IMG/VR virus record: IMGVR_UViG_3300009000_000003
DNA: 64,000 nucleotides
Strand: one strand, 5' to 3'
Origin: a virus
Shown here: positions 46,099 to 57,130 of the stretch, piece by piece
How positions within the stretch are numbered: position 1 is the stretch's first letter
Layout: every line of letters begins with the position of its first letter
The notes under the pieces: model-generated
Told to the model about the DNA's origin: nothing
Database searches by the model: none
The model's input: only the letters and a program-made list of their open reading frames with translations
Translations under genes and position numbers: made by a program

Positions 46099-48681
46099 AT
46101 GGCATACCAAAACCTTACATTAAGAAACATTGCGGGTGAAATGACAGCCACCTTCAATGATAATAGAATGAGAGCTTCTTTGCCGCCAGAACCGGAAGTA
46201 GGTCCAAGACTTTTTGTTACTGGACTTGCTAAAAGAGGTTTGGCTTACGAAGTTTTTAGACACAGAAACGTGAGTGAAACTTTTCTTGAGTTTTCACCTA
46301 ATTCTGAAATTGCAAGAATTGTTTCTGCAGCTAAAGATGCAAATGGATCTATACCATTATTAATATCTCGAATTGCTTCTAAAGCTGACCACTTTATGAT
46401 CAAAAGAGAAATTGACAATTCTTTTGAAAAAGAAAATTATATTGTTATAAAACCATTAATTTTCCAAGAAGCAGATGATACAAGAAATATCCGCTCAAGT
46501 GCAGAACAGCTTAAAATGGTTTTAATGCCATATGTAGAAGGAAGCGTTGTTCGTCAAAGAGTACTTCTTGCAGCAGATTCAAATACAAACACTTTTTCCG
46601 TTGTTTATGATTCAGAAAGAATTCTAAGAACTGAAGGAGATCTTTTATTTGATGTAGAAATTAATGTTCCAGTTGGAGAATTCTTGTTAACTCCAGGAGC
46701 TTTTGAAGATTTAGAAATTGCAAGTTTTGTATCTGGTGGATCTTACGATTTAGCTGCAATTAAAACATTATCAGAGCTTACTCCTAGCTTTAGAGCAGTA
46801 GAAGCATTATCAAAATGGGAAGATACTACAAATTCAAAAGACATTTTACACAAAACTGTGCTTGTAGATATTTTTGAGTCTGATAACACAGACGTTTTAG
46901 ATACACTTGGATTTTTCAAAAGTGAAGTCATTCAAGGTAGCGCTAAAGAAGCGATTAACAATTGCGAAAGATACGCTAGCAATGAAATCGCTTATGATAA
47001 ACTTGAATTTGAAAATGTAGACTTTATTTATTGTGAAAAATGTTATGCAGATACTCCTGCGGTTTCTTTGTCTATTTCAGATTCTCTTGGTGAACAACTC
47101 CAATGGGTAGAAAAATCATTAGGTTACTTTTGGAAATATATTTTTAATGGTAAACCTTATATGTTTATGTTTAATGAAAGCGCTCCTTTTACTAGTAGTT
47201 TAGTTGCAGATTATTCTAGCAATGATATTGCATATAGCTTTTCTGTAGATCAGAAAAAAGTAGGAAATCTTTTAAATTTAGTTCAAATGAACATTCATGC
47301 AGTAGCTGGAACCGCAGAAACTGAAGTAGAATCATTCTTTAATGAAAAAGGTTTAATTGAATGCCATGTTACAATTGCACCAGTAGGTGCCAGTAATGTA
47401 ACTGTAGAAACACCATTTTGTACTATAACAATCACTGCGAATCATACAGATCTTAATACTGCTGGAGATTTAGTTTCTGTAAGATTGCGTCCGTCTTTAG
47501 TAGATGGAGGCAATGCTCTTTCTACATATTGTTTGGATTCTCAAGAAAGTTTAAATACAGATCCTTTTGTATTGAGCCACTATGAGCTTGTTGGAGATCT
47601 TATCCCTGAAGCAGTTATGACTAGGTTGTTAACTTTCCCAGAAAGTGGGGCTGATACAAGTGTGAGCCTTGTCGCCAGCAATGAAGAAATTAGAGAAGTT
47701 TCTTTCTTGCAGCAAGCTGCTCAAGCGGCTTATAAAGCTTCTACAAATTATAGTCAAACAATCGCATTAGTACCAACTAGCCCTCCTCCAAGTTCACATA
47801 CAGGTGTATCTACTTGGGCAGGTAACCCTGCTTCTTATGAAGTAGATCGCAGTGGAAATATCGTTGTTATTAAAGATGGTACTGGAATTTTAGGTACTAA
47901 ACTTTTAGCGGGTTCTACAACGTATAGAGATGGCACTGCATTTGGTGGTGTAATTCTTACAAATGGAACTAATTTGCCAAACGAAATTCCTTACGGAATT
48001 GATGATACTGACGAAGCGCTTGATGGATTTGGAAATCCTATTGATCTTGGCAAACACGCTGTAGTTATTGGAGCTTGGGGATTCATTGAAGACCCACAAA
48101 ATGCTCAAATTAACAGAGGTTCTAGAATTAGAACGGGGCAAAGAACTTCTGCTTTCGTAAATGCAGCACCACTTATTGCAGGGGTTTTAGCAAACCTAGC
48201 TCCTGGTGAAGAGCCTATTGGGCCTATTCGTGGAGTGATTCCTGGAATTCTTCCACAGCAACGCACACCTAGAGCAGTGCTTGACAATCTTGCAGCATTA
48301 CGCATTGCAATGATTGATCAAACTGGCGTGCTTTCTTCAATTTATACTGCAGCCTTAAGAACTTCTGATTATTCTAAGATTAGCTCTATTATGTCTGCCA
48401 ATGCAATTCTTCAACAAGTAAGAGCTCTTTGTGGAGGAGTTATTGGTACAGCATACAAAGATGAGCAAATTGCTTCTCTTAGTCAGCAAGTAGACGGTGT
48501 TATGCGTTCTATGGTGCGTGATGGTTATGCACAAAGTATTGACGTTAGTTTTTCTGCATCTCGTTTTGATAGAATCAATGGTGTACTTCGCACTTCAGTA
48601 CGATTTGTTCCGCCACTAAGCTTAGAAGCTGTAACCATTGAACTAACCCTTGAAGCTCCTGCTTCAGGAATCAACGCTTAA
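46099..48681 (+). CDS. Tail sheath protein
   Basis: 860 aa; C-terminal SDYSKISS..I...IG...VRFVPPLSLEAVTIEL typical of sheaths; precedes the tube gene. Confidence 0.8.
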   Translation: MAYQNLTLRNIAGEMTATFNDNRMRASLPPEPEVGPRLFVTGLAKRGLAYEVFRHRNVSETFLEFSPNSEIARIVSAAKDANGSIPLLISRIASKADHFMIKREIDNSFEKENYIVIKPLIFQEADDTRNIRSSAEQLKMVLMPYVEGSVVRQRVLLAADSNTNTFSVVYDSERILRTEGDLLFDVEINVPVGEFLLTPGAFEDLEIASFVSGGSYDLAAIKTLSELTPSFRAVEALSKWEDTTNSKDILHKTVLVDIFESDNTDVLDTLGFFKSEVIQGSAKEAINNCERYASNEIAYDKLEFENVDFIYCEKCYADTPAVSLSISDSLGEQLQWVEKSLGYFWKYIFNGKPYMFMFNESAPFTSSLVADYSSNDIAYSFSVDQKKVGNLLNLVQMNIHAVAGTAETEVESFFNEKGLIECHVTIAPVGASNVTVETPFCTITITANHTDLNTAGDLVSVRLRPSLVDGGNALSTYCLDSQESLNTDPFVLSHYELVGDLIPEAVMTRLLTFPESGADTSVSLVASNEEIREVSFLQQAAQAAYKASTNYSQTIALVPTSPPPSSHTGVSTWAGNPASYEVDRSGNIVVIKDGTGILGTKLLAGSTTYRDGTAFGGVILTNGTNLPNEIPYGIDDTDEALDGFGNPIDLGKHAVVIGAWGFIEDPQNAQINRGSRIRTGQRTSAFVNAAPLIAGVLANLAPGEEPIGPIRGVIPGILPQQRTPRAVLDNLAALRIAMIDQTGVLSSIYTAALRTSDYSKISSIMSANAILQQVRALCGGVIGTAYKDEQIASLSQQVDGVMRSMVRDGYAQSIDVSFSASRFDRINGVLRTSVRFVPPLSLEAVTIELTLEAPASGINA

Positions 48682-48697
48682 TTGAAAGGAATTTAAC

Positions 48698-49627
48698 ATG
48701 GCAACATCATTAGATTTAGCTAGAACATATACATCATACTCAGGCGTTGATATTCGTGTTATTATTAACGGCGCACAAGTTGGCTCTATGCAAGCGCTTT
48801 CATACGCTATCCAACGTGAAAAAGCACCCATCTATGTTATGGGTTCAGTAGACCCTATTTCTTATTCTCGTGGTAAACGTGGTATTGCAGGTACAATGAT
48901 TTCACTCATGATGGATACTCATATCCTTATGAGCCCTTCATTTACTGGCGAATATTACCTCGGTGATGCAGATGAAATTTTTGCTATGGTTGGGAAAGGA
49001 GATGATGAAAGCAACAAAGTTACTGGAAGCAATAGCACTCAAAGTTTAAATAATGTAGCAAATGAAAGTTTAGCAGGAGGTGTAGGTTTAACAAGTTTAG
49101 GTTTATCAACATCAGCACGCGGAGGAGTTAGTGGTACAGGGATTGGATCAACCAATGTGTCAAATTCTGGTGGAGCAGGGCAACCCGGAGCAAATGCTTC
49201 AGGTGCTTATCAAAGAAATGATACTAATTTTAGAACATTAGATGTTAACGCATTAGGAAATAATTATCGTATTGCACCAGTATTTTATGTAGATCAAATC
49301 CTTCCATTTGATATTGCTATTGTTGCAGCTAACGAATATGGCCAATCAGCTCAAATGCGCCTTTATGGTTGTGAGATTCTTAACGAAGGATCTGGTTTTT
49401 CAATTGATGACATCGTTATTGAAAACCAGATGACTTATGTTTGCCGCACTATTCTCCCATGGCGTAGTTTTGATTTACAAGACGTAAGAGCAGCAGAAGG
49501 TGGTAGTAAACCAGTATCAGGGTCTGCAAGAGATGCTCTTTACAGCAGATTAGGAAAGCCAGCGAATAGAGGTGCAAACACTACAAGTACTGGTGGAGAC
49601 GCTACAATTAAATATCAAAAAGCTTAA
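48698..49627 (+). CDS. Tail tube protein
   Basis: SYSGVDI..QALSYAIQREKAPIYVMG..SRGKRGIAGT..DQILPFDI..GCEILNEGSGFSIDD. Confidence 0.8.
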   Translation: MATSLDLARTYTSYSGVDIRVIINGAQVGSMQALSYAIQREKAPIYVMGSVDPISYSRGKRGIAGTMISLMMDTHILMSPSFTGEYYLGDADEIFAMVGKGDDESNKVTGSNSTQSLNNVANESLAGGVGLTSLGLSTSARGGVSGTGIGSTNVSNSGGAGQPGANASGAYQRNDTNFRTLDVNALGNNYRIAPVFYVDQILPFDIAIVAANEYGQSAQMRLYGCEILNEGSGFSIDDIVIENQMTYVCRTILPWRSFDLQDVRAAEGGSKPVSGSARDALYSRLGKPANRGANTTSTGGDATIKYQKA

Positions 49628-49658
49628 TATCTTTACTTTATAAGTAATCCGGTGCTAT

Positions 49659-49684
49659 AAAGGAGGCCTAGCCTCCTTTTTTTA
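49659..49684 (+). terminator. Rho-independent terminator after the tube gene
   Basis: aaaggaggc-cta-gcctcc-tttttttt. Confidence 0.88.
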
Positions 49685-49695
49685 TAGGTAAAATT

Positions 49696-50649
49696 ATGGA
49701 TTACACTTATTCTTACTCTGGAGCTGATTGCAGAGCATACGCTTTTTTTCCTGATAATCCAGGAAATATGGTAGATCTCTCTTCATTGGCAACTATATCT
49801 ATCTCTGTGCATGAAGCTAAATCTCCTGTAAGAAGATTAGGGGAAAGAGGCGTTAGTGGTTATACTAGAGGAATCAGAACTATTGCTGGATCAATGGTTT
49901 TCTTAGTAATAGAAGATCATCCTTTATGGAAATTAATTCATTCGAATAATAATTATTCTCCAGGGTACTCTTCTACTGATTGGAACAGAGATTCAGGTCG
50001 GAGTATCTCTAGAATTAATCAAAGAAAACTTTCTACAATGATTCGCCCGTTTAATATAATGTTAATTTATCAAACAGAAGTAGTTAAAACTGGTAACTCA
50101 AGCAAAGTTTCTTTAATGGAGATTCCAGAAAAAGCTTCTTTAATAATTGAAAATATAGATATATTAAATGAAGGTTTAGTTACATCTGTAAATGATATGG
50201 TTACTGAAGTACAAATGCAATTTGTAGCTCAAGATTATTATAGCTTAGATAAAGGAATTCAAGAATTAAAACAACAAGAAATTGTTGAAAATACTTTAAC
50301 TATGCAACCTAAACGATCAGATATTGAAAAACCAGATCCAGTTACAGAAATACAAAACAAGTTATCATTTTTTGGGTATAAAGGAATAAACGAATTAAAT
50401 ATACCAAATTTATCTGAAGAGCAAAAAGCTAAACTTAGAGAAGCAAATACTTCAATTCAACTTAAAGAACTTGCAGAATTAATAAGAGAAGTTAATAAAG
50501 ATGCTAAATATTCATATGACGATACAATGTATTGGTCTAGTCAATATGGCCAATTGACAGAAATTCAAAAAATAATTAATGAAAACAAAGCCATTCGCGA
50601 TTCTTATGAAGTGATTAATGGCAAACTTGTTATTAAAAATAAAGAGTAA
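49696..50649 (+). CDS. Tube-fold paralog (baseplate-proximal tube protein)
   Basis: SYSGADC..SVHEAKSPVRRLG..TRGIRTIAGSMVF..ILNEG, aligns by eye with 48698..49627. Confidence 0.75.
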   Translation: MDYTYSYSGADCRAYAFFPDNPGNMVDLSSLATISISVHEAKSPVRRLGERGVSGYTRGIRTIAGSMVFLVIEDHPLWKLIHSNNNYSPGYSSTDWNRDSGRSISRINQRKLSTMIRPFNIMLIYQTEVVKTGNSSKVSLMEIPEKASLIIENIDILNEGLVTSVNDMVTEVQMQFVAQDYYSLDKGIQELKQQEIVENTLTMQPKRSDIEKPDPVTEIQNKLSFFGYKGINELNIPNLSEEQKAKLREANTSIQLKELAELIREVNKDAKYSYDDTMYWSSQYGQLTEIQKIINENKAIRDSYEVINGKLVIKNKE

Positions 50650-50654
50650 AATTT

Positions 50655-51116
50655 ATGACTAATTACGAATACTTTTCTGGAGCTAATGTAAAAATATCCT
50701 TTACTCAAATTAATAAATTTGACGATAATATAATCCTTCCAAAAGAAATAATTGAATGCGCAGGTATTTCTTATTCTTATCAGAATTCAAGACAACCAGT
50801 ATACTCTTACGCATCGAGTAGATTTGATGCAGTGCTACCAGGTAGGGAAATTATTCAAGGAACTTTTTTAGTTAACTATGTTTCGCCAAATTATGTAATT
50901 AACAAAATAAAAGAAACTGAAACTAATGAATTTACTTTTGATGAATTATTTACACCACACTTTGACATAACAATTAACTTTGGTAATGATAGTAATAAAA
51001 ATAGAGTAATAGAAAATTGTTTTATTATTTCCATGGGGCAAACAATCCAAATAAGTGAGCAAGTAATTATAGAAGAATATGGATTTATTGGACGCAATAT
51101 TAAAGGATCTAATTGA
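50655..51116 (+). CDS. Third tube-fold paralog
   Basis: YFSGANV..ISYSYQNSRQPVYSY..GREIIQGT..PHFDI. Confidence 0.7.
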   Translation: MTNYEYFSGANVKISFTQINKFDDNIILPKEIIECAGISYSYQNSRQPVYSYASSRFDAVLPGREIIQGTFLVNYVSPNYVINKIKETETNEFTFDELFTPHFDITINFGNDSNKNRVIENCFIISMGQTIQISEQVIIEEYGFIGRNIKGSN

Positions 51117-52024
51117 TGGGACTAGAAGGTCGAAAAATAGAAGATAACAAAGTTGTTTTTGGAGAACCTGCTACTGGAAAAGCTTTACAAGCACTACAAA
51201 GAAATTCTCCTACAGCTGAATCTATATTAAGCAGTTTACCACCAAGTGCTTTTATACCTATTCAACAAGAAACAACTTTAGTCGAAGAAGATATAGAAAA
51301 AAAAGAAAAAGCTAAACAAGAATTAGATGAGAAAGTTAATATGACAAAATATAGAAGAGAAAGAAAACGTAAACAAAGCTTACTTAAAGAAAAGAAAGAA
51401 AGTCATATTAAAAAAAGTTTGGAAGAACCAAAAGAAGAAGCTACTGTAGAAAAAACTTCTATAGAAAAAATTATAGAAACTTCTAATAAAGAAGAGGAAC
51501 TTATGAATTTAGAAGATGAATTGGCAGCTTTAGAAAAAGAAGTAGCAGCAAAAAAAGCTGAAAAAGAAAAAGCTGAACTTCAAAAAATGTCAGAAGAAAT
51601 ACAAGCAGCTCCTCAAGAAGAGCAACCTGAAATGAAAGACCAGATTTTAGAATTATTAAAGTCTGATCCAAACGCGCCAGGTATTGAAACAATTAATGCT
51701 TGGAAAGAACGTTTTGGAAAAAACGGTTTGCATGTAATGGCTTTTGGAGAAGATGATGTATACATTTACCATCACCTTACAAGAGGCGAATGGAAGAAAA
51801 TTAAAGAGCTAATGACACGTTTATCAGAAACAGATGAACAAGAAGAAATTGAAGAAAAACTAAAAGAAAAAGTTGTTCTTTATTGTGTACTTTATCCATC
51901 AGTAGATGAAAACTGGTTGGAGTACTGCAAAGCAGGAATCCTCGACTCATTATATCAAATGATTCTTTTAAATAGTGGTTTCTTAACCCCCCAGCAAGCG
52001 ATGTTATTGACTACCCAGCTATGA
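51113..52024 (+). CDS. Putative tail assembly chaperone
   Basis: INAWKERFG..YIYHHLTRGEW..CVLYP..AG..L...I...SGF; position after the tube genes. Confidence 0.6.
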   Translation: MMGLEGRKIEDNKVVFGEPATGKALQALQRNSPTAESILSSLPPSAFIPIQQETTLVEEDIEKKEKAKQELDEKVNMTKYRRERKRKQSLLKEKKESHIKKSLEEPKEEATVEKTSIEKIIETSNKEEELMNLEDELAALEKEVAAKKAEKEKAELQKMSEEIQAAPQEEQPEMKDQILELLKSDPNAPGIETINAWKERFGKNGLHVMAFGEDDVYIYHHLTRGEWKKIKELMTRLSETDEQEEIEEKLKEKVVLYCVLYPSVDENWLEYCKAGILDSLYQMILLNSGFLTPQQAMLLTTQL

Positions 52025-52701
52025 GTTTATTAAGAGCATTAGAATCTAATTCTGAGCTCTACAGTACAATTTATGAAGATGTAGTTTTAAAATTCAGATT
52101 ATTAAAAATCAAAGAATACAACTACTTCAATAAAATAATTACGGGCGGTCGAATACCGCCTTTTTTAGTTTTTGAAGAAATCTTCAATTTATGTAGTTTT
52201 GATCCAGTAGAGTTCTTTCCTAAAGAGTTGCCTGTAGGATATTTTATATCTACTGGGCATTTAATTTATTATTTATCTGGAGGAAAAGAAACTAAAAATT
52301 TCTTATTAGAGATTGCTCAAACAAGAACAGAGCATCCACCTGATAGTATTTTCGAACACATGAAAAGTATTATATTTACTGCTTTTCCTTCTTTATGTTT
52401 AAAAGACATAGATGAAATGACGGAAAAAGAATTTGTTCGTAATTTTGTTACTGCTGAAAACAAATTAATTAAAACAATGCAAGGATATACGCCGCTCGAT
52501 TTAAAGAAAATTTACGAAGAAATTTATGAATCAAAAACTGAAGAAGTAGAAAAAAAGAGCGAAGTAGTACATAATGTTAAGAATATGGAACAAGAGCTTG
52601 GTTATTGGGAAGTACAAGAAGCAGAAGCTAAATTTATTGAAGAAGAAAAAGCAAGATTAACAAGAGAGCATTTAGCAAAGCTAGATCAAAGAAAAGGTTA
52701 G
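52021..52701 (+). CDS. Putative second tail assembly chaperone
   Basis: Position before the giant genes; ATGA overlap in the -1 frame. Confidence 0.5.
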   Translation: MSLLRALESNSELYSTIYEDVVLKFRLLKIKEYNYFNKIITGGRIPPFLVFEEIFNLCSFDPVEFFPKELPVGYFISTGHLIYYLSGGKETKNFLLEIAQTRTEHPPDSIFEHMKSIIFTAFPSLCLKDIDEMTEKEFVRNFVTAENKLIKTMQGYTPLDLKKIYEEIYESKTEEVEKKSEVVHNVKNMEQELGYWEVQEAEAKFIEEEKARLTREHLAKLDQRKG

Positions 52702-52704
52702 TTT

Positions 52705-55700
52705 ATGTTTGCAAGCCAAGGGCCGGGAGGCATTTACTATTCTGCAGTACAGCAAGAACCAGAGATGCACCCCTTGATTGAAATGGGAGCTTCTTTAGCA
52801 CCTTATGTGACCCTTGGTATGGGAGCAAACTATCTTGCTAAACTTAAATATAAAAATAGTAAAGAAATAACAGCTTATGATGTAGCTTTAACAAAAACAC
52901 GTAACCTTTTAAATAAAGGTTTAGGAGGATTTTTTAATACATTTCGTATAGCAGAAATGGGATCGTTTAATTTAAGTGGAGAAGCTTTAGGTTTAAATTT
53001 AAAACAATCAGTATTGGATCCTTCAAAACAAGTAAGGCAACAAGTTTTTGGAAGTGAATACTTTAATAAAAATACAAATAAGTTATTAAAAGAAATACTT
53101 GGTGAAAGTGATTACGAAAAAATATCTGCGCACTTAATTGGTGGGCAAGATAATTTTGAATTAATCTATGAAATGGGTACTGAAGATAAAAGAAAAGGTA
53201 ATTTAATATTTAGAGAACTACAATCTGAATTTGTAGATACAGTAGACAGTACAGGCAAACCAATAAAGCAAAAAGTTTACAAACCAAAAACAGGAACTGA
53301 AAGATTAATTTCTCAAAATGTTGCTTTACAATATGGTGTTTCAGGAGCTGATACTTTAGATCTTTTAGAAGGGGGAGACTTTCAAGGAAGAATAAATCCC
53401 ATCACTCAAGGTGTTTATCAAAATCTTGTTTCTGGAGAAGATGTAAATTTTAAAGAAGTTTTTAAAAGTAGCATTAGTGGGCAACAATCAAGAGTAATGC
53501 TTGTTCCTAGCGTAAGTGGATCGTTAGATAATGTAGGAGATTTAAAAAGACGTACAAGCGTTTTAACAGGGCATTTGTCAGCAGGTATTGATAGATTTAA
53601 TAGACTTATTGATGCAACTACAAATCAAATACCTATGTTTAACCAAATAAAAGAAAAATTATTTGGTGATCAAGATTTTGGTTTAAGTTTAAAAACAACT
53701 CCAGATGCATTTTATAAGCAATTCTTTAGTATAGGTTTAAAAGCTTCTAAAATAGGTGGAGCTTACATGGGGCTGCAAACTATAGATCACTATAGAGAGC
53801 AGTTTGGATTTTTAGGAAATGTAGTAGCATCAAGTGCAGTTTCTGGAGGACTAGCGCTAGCTTATACTAAAATTGCAAAAAAAGCTGATACAGCTTTTGC
53901 TACTAAACTAGGATTAGGAAGCTTAGCAATTCAACTAGCAATGCCGGGGTTTGATAAAGGCGTTGTAGAAGGCTTAGCGACTACTGCAGTAAATGTAGAT
54001 ATAGGAAGATCCTATATAGGTCAATTCACAGGATTATCGTATGTAAGAAGAGGGATCGAAGGAATACTTCCTGGATTTACAGAACCTGAAATGGGGATTG
54101 CTTTAGGATTAGGAGTAGCTGGTTTATCTTACTCTGAATATCCAAAAAGATTTGCTGAAAGATTAGCAAGCGGAAAACTACATACAGGAGATAAAATATT
54201 CCAAAGTATAGATAACTTTTTGTCTCCTAAGTTTGGAGCTTTAGTAGGAGAAAGCTACTCACCACCAGCATCTAAAAAAGATATTATCTCACAAAACTTA
54301 ATTGATATCTTATATCCAGGCAAAGATCCAGCAACTAAAGAATACAGTGAAAAATTTATATCTAAAAATCCATTAGCTCAAACTTTGATGGGAATGGATG
54401 AAACCAATCCTTTATTTAAAGAATATAAAACAAAAATTGATGATATTTTACAAGGCAAAGGATTTGACGAGTTAGATAAAGATCAAATTAAAAATTTAAA
54501 ATCTTTTTTTAAAGATAATAAAGATTTAATTAAACAAATGATTCCTGGAATTGACGCAGGCCAATTAGAATTAAAAGTAGATGATTTTGATTATACTTTA
54601 AAAAATATAGAAAGAAGCGAAGTTTATAAAGCATATACACAAAACAATGAAATTAACGCTTCTTTATTAAAAAGAATAAATTACATTAATAATAAATATT
54701 CTAGCGGAGAAGGAGTTTTAAATAATATTTCTAGAAGAATAGAAATATTTGGTGCCGAAATGTATCACAGTTTTTATGGTGCATCTATGACTGGAGAAGT
54801 AGATGTAGACATAGACGGCATAGAAACAAAAACTAAATTAGCTGATGGAACATTTAAAAATTTAGATTATGAAACTGTAGCTAAAAGTTTAAAAGCTTCT
54901 CCAATTATGAAACGTTTAGGTACTCTTACTTTAGGTACTGCATTTTTGCATCAAATGGTAACTTCTGGATTTTTTGGAATGATGGAAAACCCTGATGAAT
55001 TAAAAGAAATATATTCAGGAGAAAAGCTAGTAGAAGTTAAGAAAGGTAGATGGTGGGAAGCTGGAGCTACTCCTTATGAAGGTGGGGAAACTAGATATTT
55101 TAGACCGCACGCTTATGTTCAGATGATGACTAAAGCAAAAGATAGATCAGTTTGGGGAGATGAAGTAGATGAGTACAACCCATTAACTAGATTCTTATTA
55201 AAGAACTTTACTTATCATTTAGAACGTAAAAATTACTATGACAGGCCCTACCCTATAACGGGTGCTGCATTTGAAGATGTGCCAGTTCTAGGAGGCATTT
55301 TGAGTGCTACTATTGGTAGAGTAATTAAACCTACTAAATTAATGCATGAAGAAGAGTTAAGGAGGGTTGGTGCTGGAGGAATAAATGAAATTGCTTATCA
55401 AACAGAATATGGATCGTCTCCAGAATTAGGACAAATTCCACCAGGAGTACCTACTAGCCCATATGGAACAATGGCTAGTTTAGGAAAAATACAATATCAA
55501 TTTAGAGAACTTGAAGGTTTGACTGGTTATGGAAAAAATGTTTTACAAAAAATGTTTACAGGTAGAGAAATTCTAGGAACTCGACAATACATCATGGCGA
55601 ATTCAAATATGATGAGTTCGACAATTAGAGATTTTTGGGATCAAGATTTGGGTGGCTTTGCTTTTATGTCAGAGCCAATTAGACGTTTACTACCTAGACC

Positions 55701-57129
55701 TAGAGCTGAAATTGAAACATACAATCCAATAATGAATTCAATGCCTTCGTATTTACCAGATAAATTTAAACAAGGAGACCCTTATCGTTTAATTGATAAT
55801 GGCGCAGTAAGACTTCCTGGCAAAGGATATGAAGCTGTAAACCCAGATGTAGCCGGAATGGACCCTGAAGATTATCCACTTATACACAAGTATAAAATAA
55901 TGGCTGATGTAGCTCCTCAATCTCGAGTAACAATGAAAATGAGAGAAGAGCTTTTAGAAAGAGAAGTAGCAGAAATATTAACTAACAGAGAAAAAGAAAT
56001 GTTAGCCAAAATATCTGAGTATCACTACAAGCGATTAGCTGCTACAAGAGATGAAACATTTCATGAGAACGCAATTAAAATTCCAGTGCTTTCTTCTTTG
56101 ATTGGAGAAACATATGCTGGAGCAACTTCATTAATGAGAAAAACTGCAGCTGCTGCAGAGAACTTAATGCCTGGTGGTTTTAGACCTCTAAGTAAATTAA
56201 CTGGACATACAAGAGATGCTATTGAAGTTTATGAAATGGAGCGTTTGTATAACACTAGTAACTCTTTTTGGGACGCCCCTATAAGAGACTGGTTTAGGCC
56301 CGCAATGTATTCTGCAGCACATGCTATGGGTTGGGATGGAAAACCTATACATGTACAAAAGAGAGAAGCTTTAGATGAGCATTTTGATAAACTTCAATTC
56401 ATGAAGTTTATGGCTTTAGCTGACCAGGCATCTAATGCAAAAGATAGAAAGCGTTATTTAGGGTTAGCTGCTAGAACAAGAACAGGTGTAAACCCTAACG
56501 GAGACGCGCTCTCTTTATACTTGTCATTACCTAGTGCAGAAAAAAGATTTTTTGATGCGTTCGCTAATGCTAGAGAATCAGATCGACAAAGAATTTTAGA
56601 AATGGTTCCAGACGATCAAAAAGCATTATATAAAACAGTTTGGTCTAGAATAGATGCTGGTCAAGAATCGGAGATGCTTGCTTCAAGTAAACCAATTATT
56701 AATGAGCAACATATGTACTCTCAATTAGCTAAAGTAAGAGAAGAGATGAAAATGATGCCTATGCCTGAAGCGGATTGGATTGGTTGGCATAAAGACGTAG
56801 ACATTAATGATATTAAAGTAAAATATGTTGATAATCTTGGTGCAGAAATACATGACTATGACATGTGGGAATCTCAAGTCAGAAAAGTCTCTAGAAGGCC
56901 CTATTTAGAAGGAAGTGACCTATTTCTATATAAGGGTAGGGGGTTTAATAGAAACAGCGCTAGACAAGAGTTTTTAAGAGGATTTGACAATTATAGTGAA
57001 TTGAACTCTGGTAAAATTTTATTAAATAGTAGCGGTGATTTTTTTGAGAATTCCAGAGCTGAAATTTATTATAAAGATTCTAGAGAAGCTGAAATACTAA
57101 ATATGATGTCTACAGCAATTAGAGGTTAA
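52705..57129 (+). CDS. Large virion protein at the tape-measure position (tape measure or ejected protein)
   Basis: 1474 aa, Gly-rich hydrophobic helices, KKGRWWE..PYEG..YFRP; follows the chaperones. Confidence 0.55.
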   Translation: MFASQGPGGIYYSAVQQEPEMHPLIEMGASLAPYVTLGMGANYLAKLKYKNSKEITAYDVALTKTRNLLNKGLGGFFNTFRIAEMGSFNLSGEALGLNLKQSVLDPSKQVRQQVFGSEYFNKNTNKLLKEILGESDYEKISAHLIGGQDNFELIYEMGTEDKRKGNLIFRELQSEFVDTVDSTGKPIKQKVYKPKTGTERLISQNVALQYGVSGADTLDLLEGGDFQGRINPITQGVYQNLVSGEDVNFKEVFKSSISGQQSRVMLVPSVSGSLDNVGDLKRRTSVLTGHLSAGIDRFNRLIDATTNQIPMFNQIKEKLFGDQDFGLSLKTTPDAFYKQFFSIGLKASKIGGAYMGLQTIDHYREQFGFLGNVVASSAVSGGLALAYTKIAKKADTAFATKLGLGSLAIQLAMPGFDKGVVEGLATTAVNVDIGRSYIGQFTGLSYVRRGIEGILPGFTEPEMGIALGLGVAGLSYSEYPKRFAERLASGKLHTGDKIFQSIDNFLSPKFGALVGESYSPPASKKDIISQNLIDILYPGKDPATKEYSEKFISKNPLAQTLMGMDETNPLFKEYKTKIDDILQGKGFDELDKDQIKNLKSFFKDNKDLIKQMIPGIDAGQLELKVDDFDYTLKNIERSEVYKAYTQNNEINASLLKRINYINNKYSSGEGVLNNISRRIEIFGAEMYHSFYGASMTGEVDVDIDGIETKTKLADGTFKNLDYETVAKSLKASPIMKRLGTLTLGTAFLHQMVTSGFFGMMENPDELKEIYSGEKLVEVKKGRWWEAGATPYEGGETRYFRPHAYVQMMTKAKDRSVWGDEVDEYNPLTRFLLKNFTYHLERKNYYDRPYPITGAAFEDVPVLGGILSATIGRVIKPTKLMHEEELRRVGAGGINEIAYQTEYGSSPELGQIPPGVPTSPYGTMASLGKIQYQFRELEGLTGYGKNVLQKMFTGREILGTRQYIMANSNMMSSTIRDFWDQDLGGFAFMSEPIRRLLPRPRAEIETYNPIMNSMPSYLPDKFKQGDPYRLIDNGAVRLPGKGYEAVNPDVAGMDPEDYPLIHKYKIMADVAPQSRVTMKMREELLEREVAEILTNREKEMLAKISEYHYKRLAATRDETFHENAIKIPVLSSLIGETYAGATSLMRKTAAAAENLMPGGFRPLSKLTGHTRDAIEVYEMERLYNTSNSFWDAPIRDWFRPAMYSAAHAMGWDGKPIHVQKREALDEHFDKLQFMKFMALADQASNAKDRKRYLGLAARTRTGVNPNGDALSLYLSLPSAEKRFFDAFANARESDRQRILEMVPDDQKALYKTVWSRIDAGQESEMLASSKPIINEQHMYSQLAKVREEMKMMPMPEADWIGWHKDVDINDIKVKYVDNLGAEIHDYDMWESQVRKVSRRPYLEGSDLFLYKGRGFNRNSARQEFLRGFDNYSELNSGKILLNSSGDFFENSRAEIYYKDSREAEILNMMSTAIRG

Positions 57130-57130
57130 A

